Shown piece after piece: positions 62,653-64,000 of a DNA stretch of 64,000 bases (positions within the stretch are counted from its first letter, which is position 1; the number at the start of each line of letters is the position of its first letter). This DNA is from Callorhinchus milii (Eukaryota), in the NCBI RefSeq assembly GCF_018977255.1, contig NW_024704743.1, forward strand, positions 39,496,001 to 39,560,000, written 5' to 3'. A model generated the notes under the pieces. It was given only the letters and a program-made list of their open reading frames with translations. It was not told where the DNA came from and made no database searches. Position numbers and translations under genes: made by a program.

Positions 62653-63674
62653 TGTTTTGGTTGGTGTATATAAATACATATACCCATTATGTCAGGTACT
62701 CTATCCCTTACTCAGTCTTTACTTCAATTTCAAACACAGATAATCTCTGCCTCTCTCTTGGTCTCTCATCTTTCCTCTCCAGAATTTTATTCTTGTACAA
62801 GCATTATGAGACAGATACAATTGATCAGGAGATTGCTATAATTTCTAATTTGGTTAAGGTAGCACTCCTTAGATTAGAGTTTGGGTATCCGGTTTGCATG
62901 GGACTTATGCATTGAGATACAAAATTAAGGTGAATGGAAATGCGTGTAAAATGCTCACTCATTCAACTGTGGTAAAATCAATATAGTGTATGCTGTCTGA
63001 CTGAGCCATTTATTGAATTACAGCTGTGTTAGTTCAGTTATCATCAGAATCACATTGCAATCTCAGGTCATTTGATGTCTTAAATTGCAGGTTTCCTCCT
63101 ACAAAAACAAATTATGAACGAGCACCTTTCATTGTGCCTGCTGTTCACTTATGGAACTCAATCATAGTCAAAGGCAATATTCTTTCTAATTTTATAAGAG
63201 TTTCAGAATACATTATAGATGTTTCCACACTCCAAAAAGTATGCACTCTTCAAAAAGACAGTTTCTCCCAGTATCCTGGCCAACAATCCCCAAAATAAAA
63301 TTGGTCATTAATTTTATGACTGATTGCGGGACAACAATTTACATTTATATAGAACCCTTCACAAGAGCCACGTCTCAGAGCGCTTATTGCTGTCTGCAGG
63401 TTGACTGCCATATTCAGATAGAAAAATACACAATTAATACACTTTAGAGTAAATGATCTGCCCGCCTGACCATAGCCCTATCAAAGCCTGACTCTCAGTG
63501 TCCTGGCCTCTATGATGGCTGAAATGAAGTCTCTTCTTCAGAGAAAATAATCAGTCTTACAGTGCCGCTGGTGCCACCCTACCCATTGATCAGTGTTAAC
63601 GGTAGATCCGGAATTCCAAGTATAAGTGGCGAGCCAGACAGGCTGGTCAATACAGCCTTGGTTTATAGCCTTGT

Positions 63675-64000
63675 GGAGTCCTGTAGCTCAGTGGTTAGAG
63701 CACTCGCTTTGCAAGCGAGAGACCTGAGTTCAATTCCAGGCAGAGGGCGAAACCTTGGGCAAGTTTCCTTACTCCACACGCCTAATAATAATCCCTCCCA
63801 AACCAACAACAATAATAAAATTGGTCATTTTCAATCTACGACTGTTTGTGGGACATTGCTGTGCGCAATTGGCTGCCGCGTTCGCCCACAAATATACAGT
63901 CAATTCACTTTACAGTGTGTTCTGTGAAGCACGTTGGGACGTCCTCCCAACGTGAAAAGGCTATATCAAATGCAAGGATTATTATTAGGATTATTATTAT
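63675..64000 (+). mobile_element. Full-length young SINE
   Basis: GGAGTCCTGTAGCTCAGTGGTTAGAGCACTCGCTTTGCAAGCGAG...; tail runs to the window end. Confidence 0.95.

Noticed and set aside
1..64000. CRISPR array, operons or other prokaryotic systems
   Set aside because: No regularly spaced repeat-spacer units and very low coding density; the repeats are dispersed vertebrate retroposons.

Overview
Eukaryotic, AT-rich, repeat-dense DNA that looks like a cartilaginous fish, probably a holocephalan (chimaera/elephant-shark type). This is inferred only from the repeat content: a tRNA-derived Deu-domain SINE, L2 and shark-type CR1 LINE fragments, and Penelope-derived palindromes. I recognise no host protein-coding gene. 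Nearly all long ORFs are L2 reverse-transcriptase relics or their shadow frames, plus one decayed hAT transposase. No rRNA, true tRNA or CRISPR array is seen. The most notable observations are: (1) an 846-bp solo LTR (TGTTAGAA...TTCTAACA, GTAG target duplication) sitting right at the 5' end of a tRNA-derived SINE; (2) a palindromic Penelope-derived insertion with two decayed hammerhead cores and a 13-bp target duplication; (3) a multi-copy interspersed family I cannot classify; (4) a CpG-retaining promoter-like region near 51.0-52.0 kb with a CTCF motif and candidate minus-strand exons (possible lncRNA); and (5) several clean hairpins. Boundaries of old repeats are approximate and read by eye.
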